Part shown: positions 9,588 to 19,295 of the stretch, piece after piece
Layout: each line of letters starts with the position of its first letter
How positions within the stretch are numbered: position 1 is the stretch's first letter
Assembly (NCBI GenBank): GCA_005880615.1
Contig: VBID01000116.1
Span: 1,494 to 65,493 of the forward strand
Direction of reading: 5' to 3'
Length of the DNA: 64,000 bases
From: Chloroflexota bacterium
GTDB lineage: Bacteria > Chloroflexota > Dormibacteria > CF-121
Program-made: the position numbers and the translations under genes
Notes under the pieces: generated by a model
Databases searched by the model: none
The model's input: the letters and a program-made list of their open reading frames with translations, nothing else
What the model was told of the DNA's origin: nothing

Positions 9588-10357
9588 CGCTGGAGCCGGC
9601 GGGGGAGGACGAGCAGCGGGGCCTGCGCCAGGATCACAGCGACGACGACCATGTAGGCCGCATCCCAGAGCAGCGCGGGCGACGGGTTCCCGGTGACCAG
9701 CGCTCGGCAGATGGTGGCCGCGTGATACAGGGGCGAGACCAGCCAGATGCCATCGCGGATCGCCACCGGCAGCCGGTCCAGCGGAAAGAAGACGCCGCTG
9801 AAGAAGAACATGGGCGTGATCAGCAGGCCAATGTAGTAGAAGAGGTGCTCGAAGTTGTCCATCACGGCCGCCCAGGTGAGGGCCGGGGCGGCGAACAGCG
9901 GGCCCATCAGCACCAGCACCAGGGGGAGGGCCAGGGCCCATGGCGACCGGATCAGGCCCACCGCGAACATCACCAGGGCAAAGGTCATCCCGTAGAGCAG
10001 CGCCCGCGACGCCTGCCAGAAGAATTCGCCGAGCACCAGGTCCTGCGGGGTGATGGGCGCGGTCACGATCGCCTCAAAGACCCGCTTGTCGTGCATGTTG
10101 TTCCAGCTTCCGAACAGGGAATCGAAGGTGACGGCGTTCATGGCCGTGACGGCGATCAGGGCCGGCGCCACGAAGGCGGCGTAGGTCTGGCCCCGGCCCA
10201 GGTTCACGTACGCGCCCAGCGCGAAACCGAACGCCACCAGGTAGAGGAAGGGCTCTCCGAAGTTGAGGATCACGGACGTCTTGAACACCCGGCGCCAGGA
10301 GATGAACTCCCGCCACCAGACGCGACGGGCGCGGACCGGATGGGGCAGCACCACCAT
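9584..10357 (-). CDS. ABC-2 exporter permease (NodJ-like)
   Basis: EPFLYLVAFG, ITPMFFFSGVFFPL and SPLYHA motifs. Confidence 0.88.
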   Translation of the reverse strand: MVVLPHPVRARRVWWREFISWRRVFKTSVILNFGEPFLYLVAFGFALGAYVNLGRGQTYAAFVAPALIAVTAMNAVTFDSLFGSWNNMHDKRVFEAIVTAPITPQDLVLGEFFWQASRALLYGMTFALVMFAVGLIRSPWALALPLVLVLMGPLFAAPALTWAAVMDNFEHLFYYIGLLITPMFFFSGVFFPLDRLPVAIRDGIWLVSPLYHAATICRALVTGNPSPALLWDAAYMVVVAVILAQAPLLVLPRRLQR

Positions 10358-10363
10358 GGCTCT

Positions 10364-11302
10364 CTACTCCTCCTGCAGGTCGCGTCCGGTCAGGTGGATG
10401 AACACGTCCTCCAGGGTTGCCGGCCGGATCAGGGCGGTCTCCGTGGGGACGCGGCTGGCGAGCGCGCTCAGGATTCCGGCTGGATCGGCGGTGAAGAGGA
10501 GCAGCCGATCGCCGACCTGTTCCACGCGGCGCACAGCTCGATCCGGCAGATCAGGAGCGGGCGCGTCGACCGGCCACTCGAGCTCCAGCACCTGGGTGCC
10601 GGCGTGCTTCTCGATCAGGGGCCGCGGCGCGCCGGCTTCCACGATGCGGCCGTGGTCCATGATCACCAGCCAGTCGCACAAGCGGCTGGCCTCCTCCATG
10701 TAGTGGGTGGTCAGGATGATGGTGACGCCGCGCTGCTTCAGCTCGGCGAGTCGCTGCCAGACCACCAGGCGAGCCTGGGGATCGAGACCTGTGGTCGGTT
10801 CGTCCAGGATCAGCAGCTCCGGGTCGTTCAGGAGCGCGCGCGCGATCAGCAAGCGGCGCTGCATCCCTCCACTGAGCTCCCACATCCGGCTCTGGGGACG
10901 GGACTGCAGCTGGACGAACTCCAGAAGCCGTTCGGCACGTTCCCGGGCCTCCCGCCGGCCGATGCCAAAGAATCCGGCGAAGACCATCAGGTTCTCCACC
11001 ACGGAGAGGTCGCCGTCCAGATTGTTCGTCTGCGGCACCACGCCGATGCGTTCCCGAATGGCGCGGGATTGGGTCGAGGGATCCAGCTCCAGGACGCGGA
11101 GCGCGCCGCCGGTGCGCATCACCCGGCCATACAGCATGCGCATGGTGGTGGTCTTCCCAGCGCCATTCGGTCCCAGGAAGCCAAAGCACTGGCGGGGCGC
11201 AATGTGGAACGAGATGCCATCGACCGCCTGAACCGAGCCGTAATTCTTCACGAGTTCGCGCGCCTCGACCACTGCATCCACGGCTGGATTAGGGTAGCGC
11301 AC
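10364..11302 (-). CDS. ABC exporter ATPase (NodI-like)
   Basis: GPNGAGKTT, LSGGMQRR, LDEPTTGLDPQAR and TTHYMEEA motifs. Confidence 0.92.
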   Translation of the reverse strand: MRYPNPAVDAVVEARELVKNYGSVQAVDGISFHIAPRQCFGFLGPNGAGKTTTMRMLYGRVMRTGGALRVLELDPSTQSRAIRERIGVVPQTNNLDGDLSVVENLMVFAGFFGIGRREARERAERLLEFVQLQSRPQSRMWELSGGMQRRLLIARALLNDPELLILDEPTTGLDPQARLVVWQRLAELKQRGVTIILTTHYMEEASRLCDWLVIMDHGRIVEAGAPRPLIEKHAGTQVLELEWPVDAPAPDLPDRAVRRVEQVGDRLLLFTADPAGILSALASRVPTETALIRPATLEDVFIHLTGRDLQEE

Positions 11303-11319
11303 GCGCGCTGAAAGCCAGG

Positions 11320-12504
11320 CTAGAGGATCTGCTTCAGCTTGGAGTCGAGCACATCCTGGTCCAGGGTGAATGGCCAGTAGGTGCTCACGGTCCCGTCGCG
11401 GGCGATGAAGACGCTGACCGGCAGCCCGGAGGTCTTGAGCCCGACCCCGTACGCGTCGGCCACCCGGCCACCCGGATCCAGGGCCGGCGCCGGCTGGAGG
11501 CCCATCGAGTCCCAGAAGGCGCGGACCGTGTCGGCCGACTCATCGCCGAAGTCGACGGCGACGACCGCCAATCCCTGGTCGCGGTGGGCGAGGTAGGCCG
11601 ACCGGATCAGCGGCAACTCCTGGCGGCAGGGTGCGCACCAGGTGGCCCAGAAGGTGACCAGGACCGGCTTGCCCTTCAGTCCCGCCAGGCTCACGGGTTG
11701 GCCGTTGAGGTCCGTGAGGCTGAACGCCGGGGCACGCTGGCCCGCTTTGAGCGGCGCGGCCACGGTGGTGGCCGGCAGCGAGACGATCGGCTGGGGAGTA
11801 TCGAAGTACGGAATCATGGAGTTCAAGGCGGTCAGCCGGTTGGTGAAGATGAGCACCCCCATGCCAATCAGGAAGACGGCCGCCACCGCGTTGATGGCAC
11901 CGTACGCGCCGCGAATCCGGCTCAGCGCTTGCATGATGACGCCCGAGAGGCCGGCCGCCAGCAGGAAGGGGATGCCCAGACCAGCCGAGTAGGTGGCCAG
12001 CAGGATGGCGCCCTGGCCGGCCGTGTTGCTGGCACCGGCACGAATCAAGATGGCCGCCAGGATCGGCCCGACGCAGGGGGTCCACCCGACGGCGAAGGCC
12101 AGCCCGACCAGGTAGGCGGTCCATGGCGCTCGGGGCAGGCGATGGGCGATGTCCAGCCGGCGCTCTTGCATCAGCCAGGGAATCCTCCAGATGCCCAGCA
12201 ACGCGACGCCCAGCACGATCAGGGCCACCCCTGCCACCTGCAGCAGGACGGGGCGGAAGGCCTTGATGTCGGCTCCCAGGAGGCCGGCCGAGGCGCCCAA
12301 TGCCACGAAGGCGGTGCTGAAGCCGAGGACGAAGAGGAATGCATTGCCCAGGACGCGCGCCTGCTGCCGGATCCCTGGCTGGGGCGAGCCGGCGGCGACC
12401 TGCCCGCCCATGTAGGCCACATAGGCGGGCACCAGGGGCAGCACGCAGGTGGACGCGAAGGAGAGCAAGCCGGCGACGAAGGCCAGGCCGAGATCGACGA
12501 TCAT
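11320..12504 (-). CDS. CcdA (DsbD-type) plus TlpA-like thioredoxin fusion (DipZ-like)
   Basis: SFASTCVLPLVP and WTPCVGPIL transmembrane Cys motifs, C-terminal FWATWCAPC. Confidence 0.9.
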   Translation of the reverse strand: MIVDLGLAFVAGLLSFASTCVLPLVPAYVAYMGGQVAAGSPQPGIRQQARVLGNAFLFVLGFSTAFVALGASAGLLGADIKAFRPVLLQVAGVALIVLGVALLGIWRIPWLMQERRLDIAHRLPRAPWTAYLVGLAFAVGWTPCVGPILAAILIRAGASNTAGQGAILLATYSAGLGIPFLLAAGLSGVIMQALSRIRGAYGAINAVAAVFLIGMGVLIFTNRLTALNSMIPYFDTPQPIVSLPATTVAAPLKAGQRAPAFSLTDLNGQPVSLAGLKGKPVLVTFWATWCAPCRQELPLIRSAYLAHRDQGLAVVAVDFGDESADTVRAFWDSMGLQPAPALDPGGRVADAYGVGLKTSGLPVSVFIARDGTVSTYWPFTLDQDVLDSKLKQIL

Positions 12505-12520
12505 CGGACGACTAGCTTAG

Positions 12521-12754
12521 TTAGACTCGCCGCTCCTCCGTGGGCAGCTTTCGGACCCAGGCCCGCAGGCGCGCTGGGGCCTCGTCCTGGCAGCACTCCT
12601 TGCGGACCAGTCGCTTCAGGCCAGCCTGCAGCTCAAAGATCTGCAGACAGGGCGGGCAGTCGTCCAGGTGCCGCTGCACCTCTCCCAGTTCGCCGGCGGT
12701 CAGCTCCCGGTCGACGAAGGCGTTCAGCTGGTCGCCGCATTCGTTGCAGTTCAC
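12521..12754 (-). CDS. zinc-binding anti-sigma factor (ZAS, RsrA/RshA-like)
   Basis: HLDDCPPC matches HxxxCxxC. Extra Cys residues present. Coupled to the upstream ECF sigma. Confidence 0.88.
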   Translation of the reverse strand: MNCNECGDQLNAFVDRELTAGELGEVQRHLDDCPPCLQIFELQAGLKRLVRKECCQDEAPARLRAWVRKLPTEERRV

Positions 12755-13377
12755 GAAACCCCGCCTCCAATCGCGGCCGCCTGAGGCTGCCGCCCGGAAT
12801 ACTCCCAGAGCTTCTTTTGCAGGCTCCGCCGACCGCGGTGCAGGCGCGACATCACGGTGCCGATCTTGATGCCCAGGATCTTGGCGACCTCCTTATAAGA
12901 GAAGTCTTCCACATCGACCAGGATCACCACCATCCGCATCGGGACCGGGAGCTCCTCCAGCGCCCGCCGGACTTCGTTGCCGAAGCCGCGCTCCACGATC
13001 AGCTGCTCGGGCGTCATCAGGTGGAGGGGCAGGCCCTCGCGCTCCAGCTGCTGATAGATGTAAGCGTCGTTGGACGGCTCATCGATGGATTCCTGGATGG
13101 GCGGGCGCTGGCGCAGCTTGTTCCGAAAGACATTGGTCATGATGGTGAAGAGCCACGCCTTTTCGTTGGTTCCAGGCGTGAACCGCTTCCGATAGCGAAA
13201 GGCTCGCAAATACGTCTCCTGCACGAGATCTTCGGCGTCTTCCGGCTTGCGTGTTAGCCGCAGCGCGCTGCGATACAGCGCATCGAGATGGCGCTCGAAT
13301 ACCGTGAAATCGTCATTCTGTTCAACGCGGGAGCCGGCCGTTCTATTCCGATCCTCGGTGCCGGTGGCGGGAGTCAT
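12751..13377 (-). CDS. ECF sigma-70 factor (SigR/SigH-like)
   Basis: DAEDLVQETYLRAF, GTNEKAWLFTI and IGTVMSRLHRGR motifs. Start placed at ATG 13377. Confidence 0.9.
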   Translation of the reverse strand: MTPATGTEDRNRTAGSRVEQNDDFTVFERHLDALYRSALRLTRKPEDAEDLVQETYLRAFRYRKRFTPGTNEKAWLFTIMTNVFRNKLRQRPPIQESIDEPSNDAYIYQQLEREGLPLHLMTPEQLIVERGFGNEVRRALEELPVPMRMVVILVDVEDFSYKEVAKILGIKIGTVMSRLHRGRRSLQKKLWEYSGRQPQAAAIGGGVS

Positions 13378-13949
13378 GGGGCTGGCGATGGGCCACTCCG
13401 CGGCGGGCCGCCGCGTCGCCTTCCGCGGCGCCGTCCGCGCCGGCGTCCGGGTCCGCCCTCGCCTCCCTGACCGGGCGGGCCGCCCTGGCCTGGCCCCGGA
13501 CCTGGCTGCTGACCGGGCCTGGACTGGGGCCGCGGTGGCCGGGGTTGCCGCGGTGCACGCGGCTCGTTGCGCTGGGGTCGCTGGCTGCCTGCGTCCGGAC
13601 GCGGCGTCTGTTGTCCCTCGGGCCGCGGCGGGCCGCCTCGACCGCGACGACCGCGCCGCCGGCCGCGTTCGTCCGGCTCTGCTCGGCGGGTGGGGGCCGG
13701 GACCAGCCGGTCCAGGCCCTTCGGTCGCCGGCGCCGGATCAGGGAGCCCTGTTGATTGGGACTGGCATCGGATTGCTGGACGCGATCGGTGAACTCGGCC
13801 AGCCATTCCTCAAGGGGGCGTTTGATCTGCGGCTTCGGCGCCCGCGGCACTTCGGGCCAGACCCGCGGCCGATCGGGGACGATCGTTTCCGGCGGGCTCA
13901 GGTCCTCGTTCAGGATCTCGGACTGTGTCGGCGGCTCCAGCTCGGGCAT
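13374..13949 (-). CDS. Arg/Gly/Pro-rich, probably disordered hypothetical protein
   Basis: ATG after GGGAG, ATGA overlap with the sigma gene, RRRGRRGRGG tracts like those in RNase E or Rho linkers. Confidence 0.55.
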   Translation of the reverse strand: MPELEPPTQSEILNEDLSPPETIVPDRPRVWPEVPRAPKPQIKRPLEEWLAEFTDRVQQSDASPNQQGSLIRRRRPKGLDRLVPAPTRRAEPDERGRRRGRRGRGGPPRPEGQQTPRPDAGSQRPQRNEPRAPRQPRPPRPQSRPGQQPGPGPGQGGPPGQGGEGGPGRRRGRRRGRRRGGPPRSGPSPAP

Positions 13950-14736
13950 CTCCCAGCATGTTAGCGGGCAGGCCTTCCCATTCCACCAGGAAACGGCGCC
14001 GGAAGCGAAGCAGGGCCGCCACCACCGGTTGTCCCAAAAGCAGAATCAGGATGGCGTTGCCTCCGGCCCGAAAACTGTCATACACGAGCGAGGTGGCCAC
14101 GTAGAAGGTGCCGAACCGGCGCAGCAGCTCAGCCGGCGGCAGGCCCGCCGCCCAGCTGATGGAGGTGGACTGCCCCCCCACGAAGAGCGGCCATTGCCAC
14201 AGGTCGAGTAGGGCGCCAAAAGCAAAGCCACTGGCGATGCCCCAGCCGGCCAGCACCAGCATGGGCGGCCGTGACAGGCGCCGGCCCATCGCTGACCCAA
14301 CCAATCCGGCCCCGGCGCCCACCCAGCCGCAGCCCAGCATCTGGTACGGCAGCCAGGGGCCGAACCCGGCGGTGAAGACCGCCGACAGGAGCAACGTCAG
14401 CGCTCCCATGGCAAAGCCGATGCCGGGACCAAAAACGTATCCGCAGACCAGGATGAGGAAAAAGATGGGCGAGAACCCGGCCACGCCGACGACCGCGGCC
14501 AGCCGCAGGGCCGCATCCACCGCGATCAGGGCGGCCAGCACCGCGGCCAGGCGTGCCGACAGCCGATGCGTCTGCAGCGCCAGCGCCAGCAACAGCGCGA
14601 CCGCGGCGACCACAAACGAGACCAGCAAGCCGGTGGAGGCGCGCGGACCCGACCAGAGGGGAAGCACGAAGGCGCCCAGGCCGGCGAGGCTGACCAGTCC
14701 GAAGACGATGGGCTCGACCGGCCGGGTCAGGGTCAT
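13810..14736 (-). CDS. ECF transporter S component (CbrT-like, cobalamin)
   Basis: FSPIFFLILVCGYVFGPG, GFGPWLPYQM and SLVYDSFRAGGN motifs. The 3' tail overlaps the next gene by ~140 bp. Confidence 0.82.
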   Translation of the reverse strand: MTLTRPVEPIVFGLVSLAGLGAFVLPLWSGPRASTGLLVSFVVAAVALLLALALQTHRLSARLAAVLAALIAVDAALRLAAVVGVAGFSPIFFLILVCGYVFGPGIGFAMGALTLLLSAVFTAGFGPWLPYQMLGCGWVGAGAGLVGSAMGRRLSRPPMLVLAGWGIASGFAFGALLDLWQWPLFVGGQSTSISWAAGLPPAELLRRFGTFYVATSLVYDSFRAGGNAILILLLGQPVVAALLRFRRRFLVEWEGLPANMLGDARAGAADTVRDPERGPEPAGNDRPRSAAGLARSAAGAEAADQTPP

Positions 14737-16256
14737 CCGGGTGATGGCAGGGGAACCTCATCGGGGAGGAGCCAGCCCTTCCCCAGCAATTTGTTGACCT
14801 GCGTGGCGAAGACCAGCGAGTCCGTCAGGACGGCCCGGGGAGCGCCCTCGGCATAGATGGCGCCTTCCGACATCAGCGCCACCCGGTCGGCGGCGCGGGC
14901 CGCCCACTCCACGTCGTGGGTGGCGATCAGGATGCTGGCACCGGCATCGGCGCGAACCCGCAGGTAGGCGGCCAGGTTGCGCTTGGCGTCCGGGTCGAGA
15001 CCGCGGGTGGGCTCATCCAGCAGGACCACGTCGGCTCGCCCTGCCGCCGCGGCAATCGCCACCCGTTGCCGTTCTCCGGTGCTCAGGTCGCGCGGATACC
15101 GGGGCAGCCAGTCCGCCACGCCCAGCGGCAGCATGGAACCTGGATGATCCTTGACCTCCTCCTGCACCGTGGGCGCGTAGAGCAGCGTGTCGGCATCCTG
15201 GGGGACGTAGGCGACCGTGCCCTGCCGGGTGACGCGACCGCGAGCCGGGCTTAAGAGGCCTGCGACCAGCTTCAGGAGCGTCGTCTTGCCCGAACCGTTG
15301 CGACCCATTAGGACTGCGATCTCACCACGGTGTAGGCGCAGCGAGGCGTCCCGCAGGGCAGGGGTCCCGTTGTAGTTGAAGGCCGCGCCCGCCACTTCGG
15401 CGGTGGACGCTGGCGGCGATACACGATCCACACGAGCGGCCTGGCCGAGCGTGGCCCGCAAGCCGGCCGCCGCCCGGCGCGCTTCGCCCAGGGTGATCGG
15501 GATGGGGTCCCATCCGGCTCGGACGGCCAGGTCGACAATCGGCGGCCGGGCCCCGCCCTCGCCCAACGCTACGCGAGGCGAGGCATCCGCGATGGGCGCC
15601 CCCGGAGCCGTCAGCGTAAAGACGCGATCGACGAAGGGCGCGATCCGTTCCACTCGATGCTCGGCGATGACGACGGTGAGCCCCAGCTCGCTGACCAGCC
15701 GGGCGAGCACCTGCAAGACGTCTTCGGCCGCCTGCGGATCGAGCTGCGAGGTCGGTTCATCCAGCGCCAGCACCGACGGATGGGTGACCAGGGTGGCGGC
15801 GATCGCTACCCGCTGCCGTTCCCCCCCCGAGAGGGTGCGAATCGCGCGATGGCGCAGGCCGGCGATGCCCACCTGGTCCAGGACTTCCTCCACCCGCTTG
15901 CGCATCAGCGGGCGGGGAAGGCCGAGATTCTCCAGGCCGAAGGCCAGCTCGGATTCGACGTCCTCCAGCACGAATTGCGCGTCGGGATGCTGGAAGACGA
16001 ACCCGACGTGGGCGCCGAGCTGGCGAGGCGGGACGGTCCGGGTGTCGAGGCCGTCGACCACCACGCGGCCACTGAAGTGGCCCCCACTGCTGTGCGGAAC
16101 CAGTCCGTTCAAGCAGCGGAGCAGCGTCGACTTACCGCTCCCAGACGGCCCACGAACCAGAATGACGTGCCCGGGGTCGATCCGGGCGGAGAAGTCGGCG
16201 ATCACCGGCTGCTCCGTCTCCGGGTAGCGGAAGGTCAGGCGGTCAAACGTGATCAA
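14733..16256 (-). CDS. ECF transporter fused double ATPase (EcfA-A')
   Basis: Two Walker A motifs (GPSGSGKST, GRNGSGKTT), VFQHPDAQF, LSGGE and DEPTSQLDP. Confidence 0.92.
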   Translation of the reverse strand: MITFDRLTFRYPETEQPVIADFSARIDPGHVILVRGPSGSGKSTLLRCLNGLVPHSSGGHFSGRVVVDGLDTRTVPPRQLGAHVGFVFQHPDAQFVLEDVESELAFGLENLGLPRPLMRKRVEEVLDQVGIAGLRHRAIRTLSGGERQRVAIAATLVTHPSVLALDEPTSQLDPQAAEDVLQVLARLVSELGLTVVIAEHRVERIAPFVDRVFTLTAPGAPIADASPRVALGEGGARPPIVDLAVRAGWDPIPITLGEARRAAAGLRATLGQAARVDRVSPPASTAEVAGAAFNYNGTPALRDASLRLHRGEIAVLMGRNGSGKTTLLKLVAGLLSPARGRVTRQGTVAYVPQDADTLLYAPTVQEEVKDHPGSMLPLGVADWLPRYPRDLSTGERQRVAIAAAAGRADVVLLDEPTRGLDPDAKRNLAAYLRVRADAGASILIATHDVEWAARAADRVALMSEGAIYAEGAPRAVLTDSLVFATQVNKLLGKGWLLPDEVPLPSPG

Positions 16257-17079
16257 CGGCAGCCCTACGACTGACCGCGTTCAGCCACGCGGGAATAGAG
16301 AGAGGAACCAACAACACGATCAGGGCGGTTTGCGGCAGCCCCGGTGCCAGCTGGAGGTAGGGGTCATACCCCGACGGCGCCAGCATCGTGGCGGCTAGCG
16401 CGCCGATGGCGCCCAGCAGGACCAGCCCGTCCGCCAGACCCCAGCGCGAGGGGTGGTAGCGCGTCCGGCGCTGGCACCCAAATCCGCGAGCGTCCAGGGA
16501 TTCGGCATATTGCAGCGCCCGCTCCAGGGTGGTGAGGAGGACCGGCAGCAGCAGGCCGAGCCCCGTTCTCCATCCGGCCCGCACGCCGCGTAGCCGGCGC
16601 GTTTCGCTCACCGCCTGCAGGGAGGCCAGGGCCTGGGGGACCAACGCCAGGGCCAGCGCGACCAGCGTTCCGAGTCGATAGAGCGGCCGGGGCAGCACCG
16701 CCAGGAGGTCGGCGGTCCGCAGCGCGGACTGGGCGATGGCGAACACCAGCACGGTTAGCAGCAGGGCGGCACCGGTGCTGGCCCCATACAGTGCAGCCTC
16801 CACAGTCCAGGCGCCGCCGATGACCGGGAGGTGCGAGGGGAGACGGAACAGCACGTGAGAACCGAAGCGGCTGAAGACCAGCGAGAACAGAATCGGCAGC
16901 AGGCCCAGGGCCAGGGCGGCGCGCCAGTATCCGATCGATCGGTCGTGCCGGGCCGCAATCCAGACGGTTAGCAGGATAGCGAGCAGCAGGAGCTGCAGAT
17001 AGGGATTGCGCTCCACGAGGGCGGCGGCGATCGCCGCCAGCGCCCAGGCGCACCACGTCAGCGGGTTGAGGCCGGTCAT
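16243..17079 (-). CDS. ECF transporter T component (EcfT/CbiQ family)
   Basis: LNPLTW, LERALQYAESLDARGF and RTRY motifs. ATG at 17079. Confidence 0.88.
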   Translation of the reverse strand: MTGLNPLTWCAWALAAIAAALVERNPYLQLLLLAILLTVWIAARHDRSIGYWRAALALGLLPILFSLVFSRFGSHVLFRLPSHLPVIGGAWTVEAALYGASTGAALLLTVLVFAIAQSALRTADLLAVLPRPLYRLGTLVALALALVPQALASLQAVSETRRLRGVRAGWRTGLGLLLPVLLTTLERALQYAESLDARGFGCQRRTRYHPSRWGLADGLVLLGAIGALAATMLAPSGYDPYLQLAPGLPQTALIVLLVPLSIPAWLNAVSRRAAVDHV

Positions 17080-17774
17080 GGACCCCGTCGCAACAGGTTC
17101 CACGCACTGAGGCCGGCCAGCGCCAGCAGGCTCCCGCCCAGCGCGCCCAACGGTCCCGCGGCGGATGAGGATGACGGTGGCCTGGGGCTTGGTCTCGGCG
17201 TCGCCATGGCAACCGGTGTGCGGAGATCGGGTGATGAGGACGGCGATGGGAAGGGGGTTGGCGCCGCGGTCGGCGGGACCGTCGATGCGGTCGGTGTGCT
17301 GGCGGTTGGCCGCGGCGGCGGCGCGCAGATCTGCTCCACCGTCCAGGCGGGCAGCATCTGGCCGGCCCGGTCGCTGTAGAGCCATCCATCCATGTCCCCG
17401 TTGCGCAGGATCCATTCGCTGGCGCCCAGCTGAGACGGAACCCATCGACTCCCGGCTCTGTGCAAGTACTGCCAGTAGGGACCCGTGCCGAGACAGTTGG
17501 CCGGTACCGGCGAAGGCTCGCCGTCGAGCTGGCAGATGGCCTGACCCATAGACCCGTACGACTGTGCCTGGTAGGAAAGGCCCGAGCGCTGGATGAGCGC
17601 AAAGCCCGAGATCTGGTCCTCCACGAAGGTGACGCAGCGCGTCACCAGCCGTCCGCTGGCGTGCTCGATCACCAGGCCGGCCCGGTGGACGGCCGCGTGC
17701 GCGGGATGGCCAAGGACCACGGCGGCGGCGCCCACCAGGCCGACCGCCGCCAACACGCGCCAAAGGAGCCGCAA
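17076..17774 (-). CDS. surface protein with a DUF4430 / transcobalamin beta-domain-like region, Pro/Thr linker and C-terminal TM
   Basis: Signal peptide, GQAICQLDG...YWQY...GAS...GDMDGW pattern, C-terminal hydrophobic segment plus RR. Confidence 0.65.
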   Translation of the reverse strand: MRLLWRVLAAVGLVGAAAVVLGHPAHAAVHRAGLVIEHASGRLVTRCVTFVEDQISGFALIQRSGLSYQAQSYGSMGQAICQLDGEPSPVPANCLGTGPYWQYLHRAGSRWVPSQLGASEWILRNGDMDGWLYSDRAGQMLPAWTVEQICAPPPRPTASTPTASTVPPTAAPTPFPSPSSSPDLRTPVAMATPRPSPRPPSSSSAAGPLGALGGSLLALAGLSAWNLLRRGP

Positions 17775-17779
17775 TCCCT

Positions 17780-18856
17780 TCAGCCCCGTCGCAGAGTCCT
17801 CCGCAGCAGGAGTCCGAGCACGACCAGTCCGATGCCCAACGCCAGTGGCAGCGCCGGTTGACCCCCGGTCTGGGCCAGGTGGGGAGCGGATGGCGTCGGC
17901 GGACAGGCTGGGGACGTCCCCGCTTCAGAGCCGGAAGCCGGCTGCGTCAGCGGGCGCTCCGTGAACGCCGCCGGCGCCAGCGTCGTGGCGAACAGCTTAT
18001 CGCCGGCAGTGAGCGCGCCGGCGTCGGGACCGCTGGCGATTTGCTCACTGGCCAGGCTGGCCTCGGCGGCGGTGAGCATGTCCGACCAGGGCGCGGTGTG
18101 CCGGAGGCCGGCCGCCACGATGGCTTGGATGCCCAGCTCGTTGGAGTTGGGATCGGGGGTGGAGCCAAACGAGAAGAAGCCCCCGTTGGCGAACTGGGTC
18201 TTGAGGTAGGCGAAGCCATTCTGGATGGCGGGGTCGGCCGGCGAGACGCCGGCCGCGAGCAGCGCCTGCAGGACTATCGCCGTGGTGTTGGAATCGCTGC
18301 CGTATTTGCCGGCCGTATCGAAGCTCCAGCCACGGTCGGTCGGGTTCTGCTTGGCGCGCAGGAAGGGCACTGCCTCCGCCCCCAGTCGCTGGCCGACGGC
18401 GCGGAGCCCCAGGATGGCCAGGCCATCGCTAAAGATACTGCCGCCATACTGTCCCGGAGCCGCGGCGCAGGCCTGGAGATAGGCGGCGTTCAGCTGCGCG
18501 ATCAGGGGGGCGGTGGGACCGATGTCCGGCCAGGCGGCCCGGGCCAGTAACAATTCGCCGGCGGTTCCCACGTCGGTGGGGACGGCGGGCTTGAGGTAAT
18601 CGGCCAGCGACGCGGTTCCGTCCTTGAAGGTGGCAGGGTCCTGCGAGGTGGCGGCCAGGCTGAGCGCGATCTCGGCCGAGCGGGCCAGCGGGTTCTCTGG
18701 CGCGGCGCCCACTTGCCCCGTGGTCTTGTCCTGCTGGGTCAGTAACCAGGCAACGGCGGCCTGCGCCCGGGTCGGAGCCGGCTGGGCCGCGGCCGGAATG
18801 GACTGGGTCGCGACGACGATGACAGCGCCGATGGCGGCGAGTGTGATCCGACGCAT
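17780..18856 (-). CDS. surface protein with prenyltransferase/squalene-cyclase-like alpha-barrel repeats and an LAQTG sorting signal
   Basis: GGAGGT RBS. WLLTQQ, SDSNTTAIVLQAL, YLKTQFANGGF and PDPNS repeats. C-terminal LAQTG, TM and RR tail. Confidence 0.72.
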   Translation of the reverse strand: MRRITLAAIGAVIVVATQSIPAAAQPAPTRAQAAVAWLLTQQDKTTGQVGAAPENPLARSAEIALSLAATSQDPATFKDGTASLADYLKPAVPTDVGTAGELLLARAAWPDIGPTAPLIAQLNAAYLQACAAAPGQYGGSIFSDGLAILGLRAVGQRLGAEAVPFLRAKQNPTDRGWSFDTAGKYGSDSNTTAIVLQALLAAGVSPADPAIQNGFAYLKTQFANGGFFSFGSTPDPNSNELGIQAIVAAGLRHTAPWSDMLTAAEASLASEQIASGPDAGALTAGDKLFATTLAPAAFTERPLTQPASGSEAGTSPACPPTPSAPHLAQTGGQPALPLALGIGLVVLGLLLRRTLRRG

Positions 18857-18989
18857 AGAAACCTCCAGGGAAGTAATGACCGCTGGAGGCCGATCGGAGT
18901 GCAAACAAAAAGCTCCCAATCCTTCCGAAGGGGAGCCGAAGATGTTGTGTGCATCTCCCTCTCAGCCTCGAAGAGGGTCGACGTCGAAT

Positions 18990-19160
18990 CCCGGCAGGCA
19001 GGTCTCCTGGCTTCTGGATCGGCGCACCTCGCGACTCCTTCCCAAGGCCTTCGCCTCAGTGGACCGCTGTCGGAGGGCTCCCCAGTCACAGTGACGGGTT
19101 CGCGCCGGAATCGCACCGGCTTCCCTTTTCAGCTCGTGTGAGCCACCTGTCGAGCTATTC
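18990..19160 (-). ncRNA. cobalamin (B12) riboswitch
   Basis: Minus strand reads AGGT...AAAAGGGAAGCCGGTGCGATTCCGGCGC...CCCGTCACTGTGA...CCACTG...GGGAAGG...AGCCAGGAGACCTGCC (B12 box). A TATAAT-type -10 lies upstream at ~19230. Confidence 0.95.
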
Positions 19161-19295
19161 AGTTGTGTGACCGACGACAGGCACCACCTCCCCTTCCATT
19201 GAGAGCCGGCCTTGTAAGGGCGCCATTATATCCCCTCCGGAAACGAAAACGCCGGCCGTTGGGCCGGCGTTCAACCGTAGGCGCTGATCGATTCA

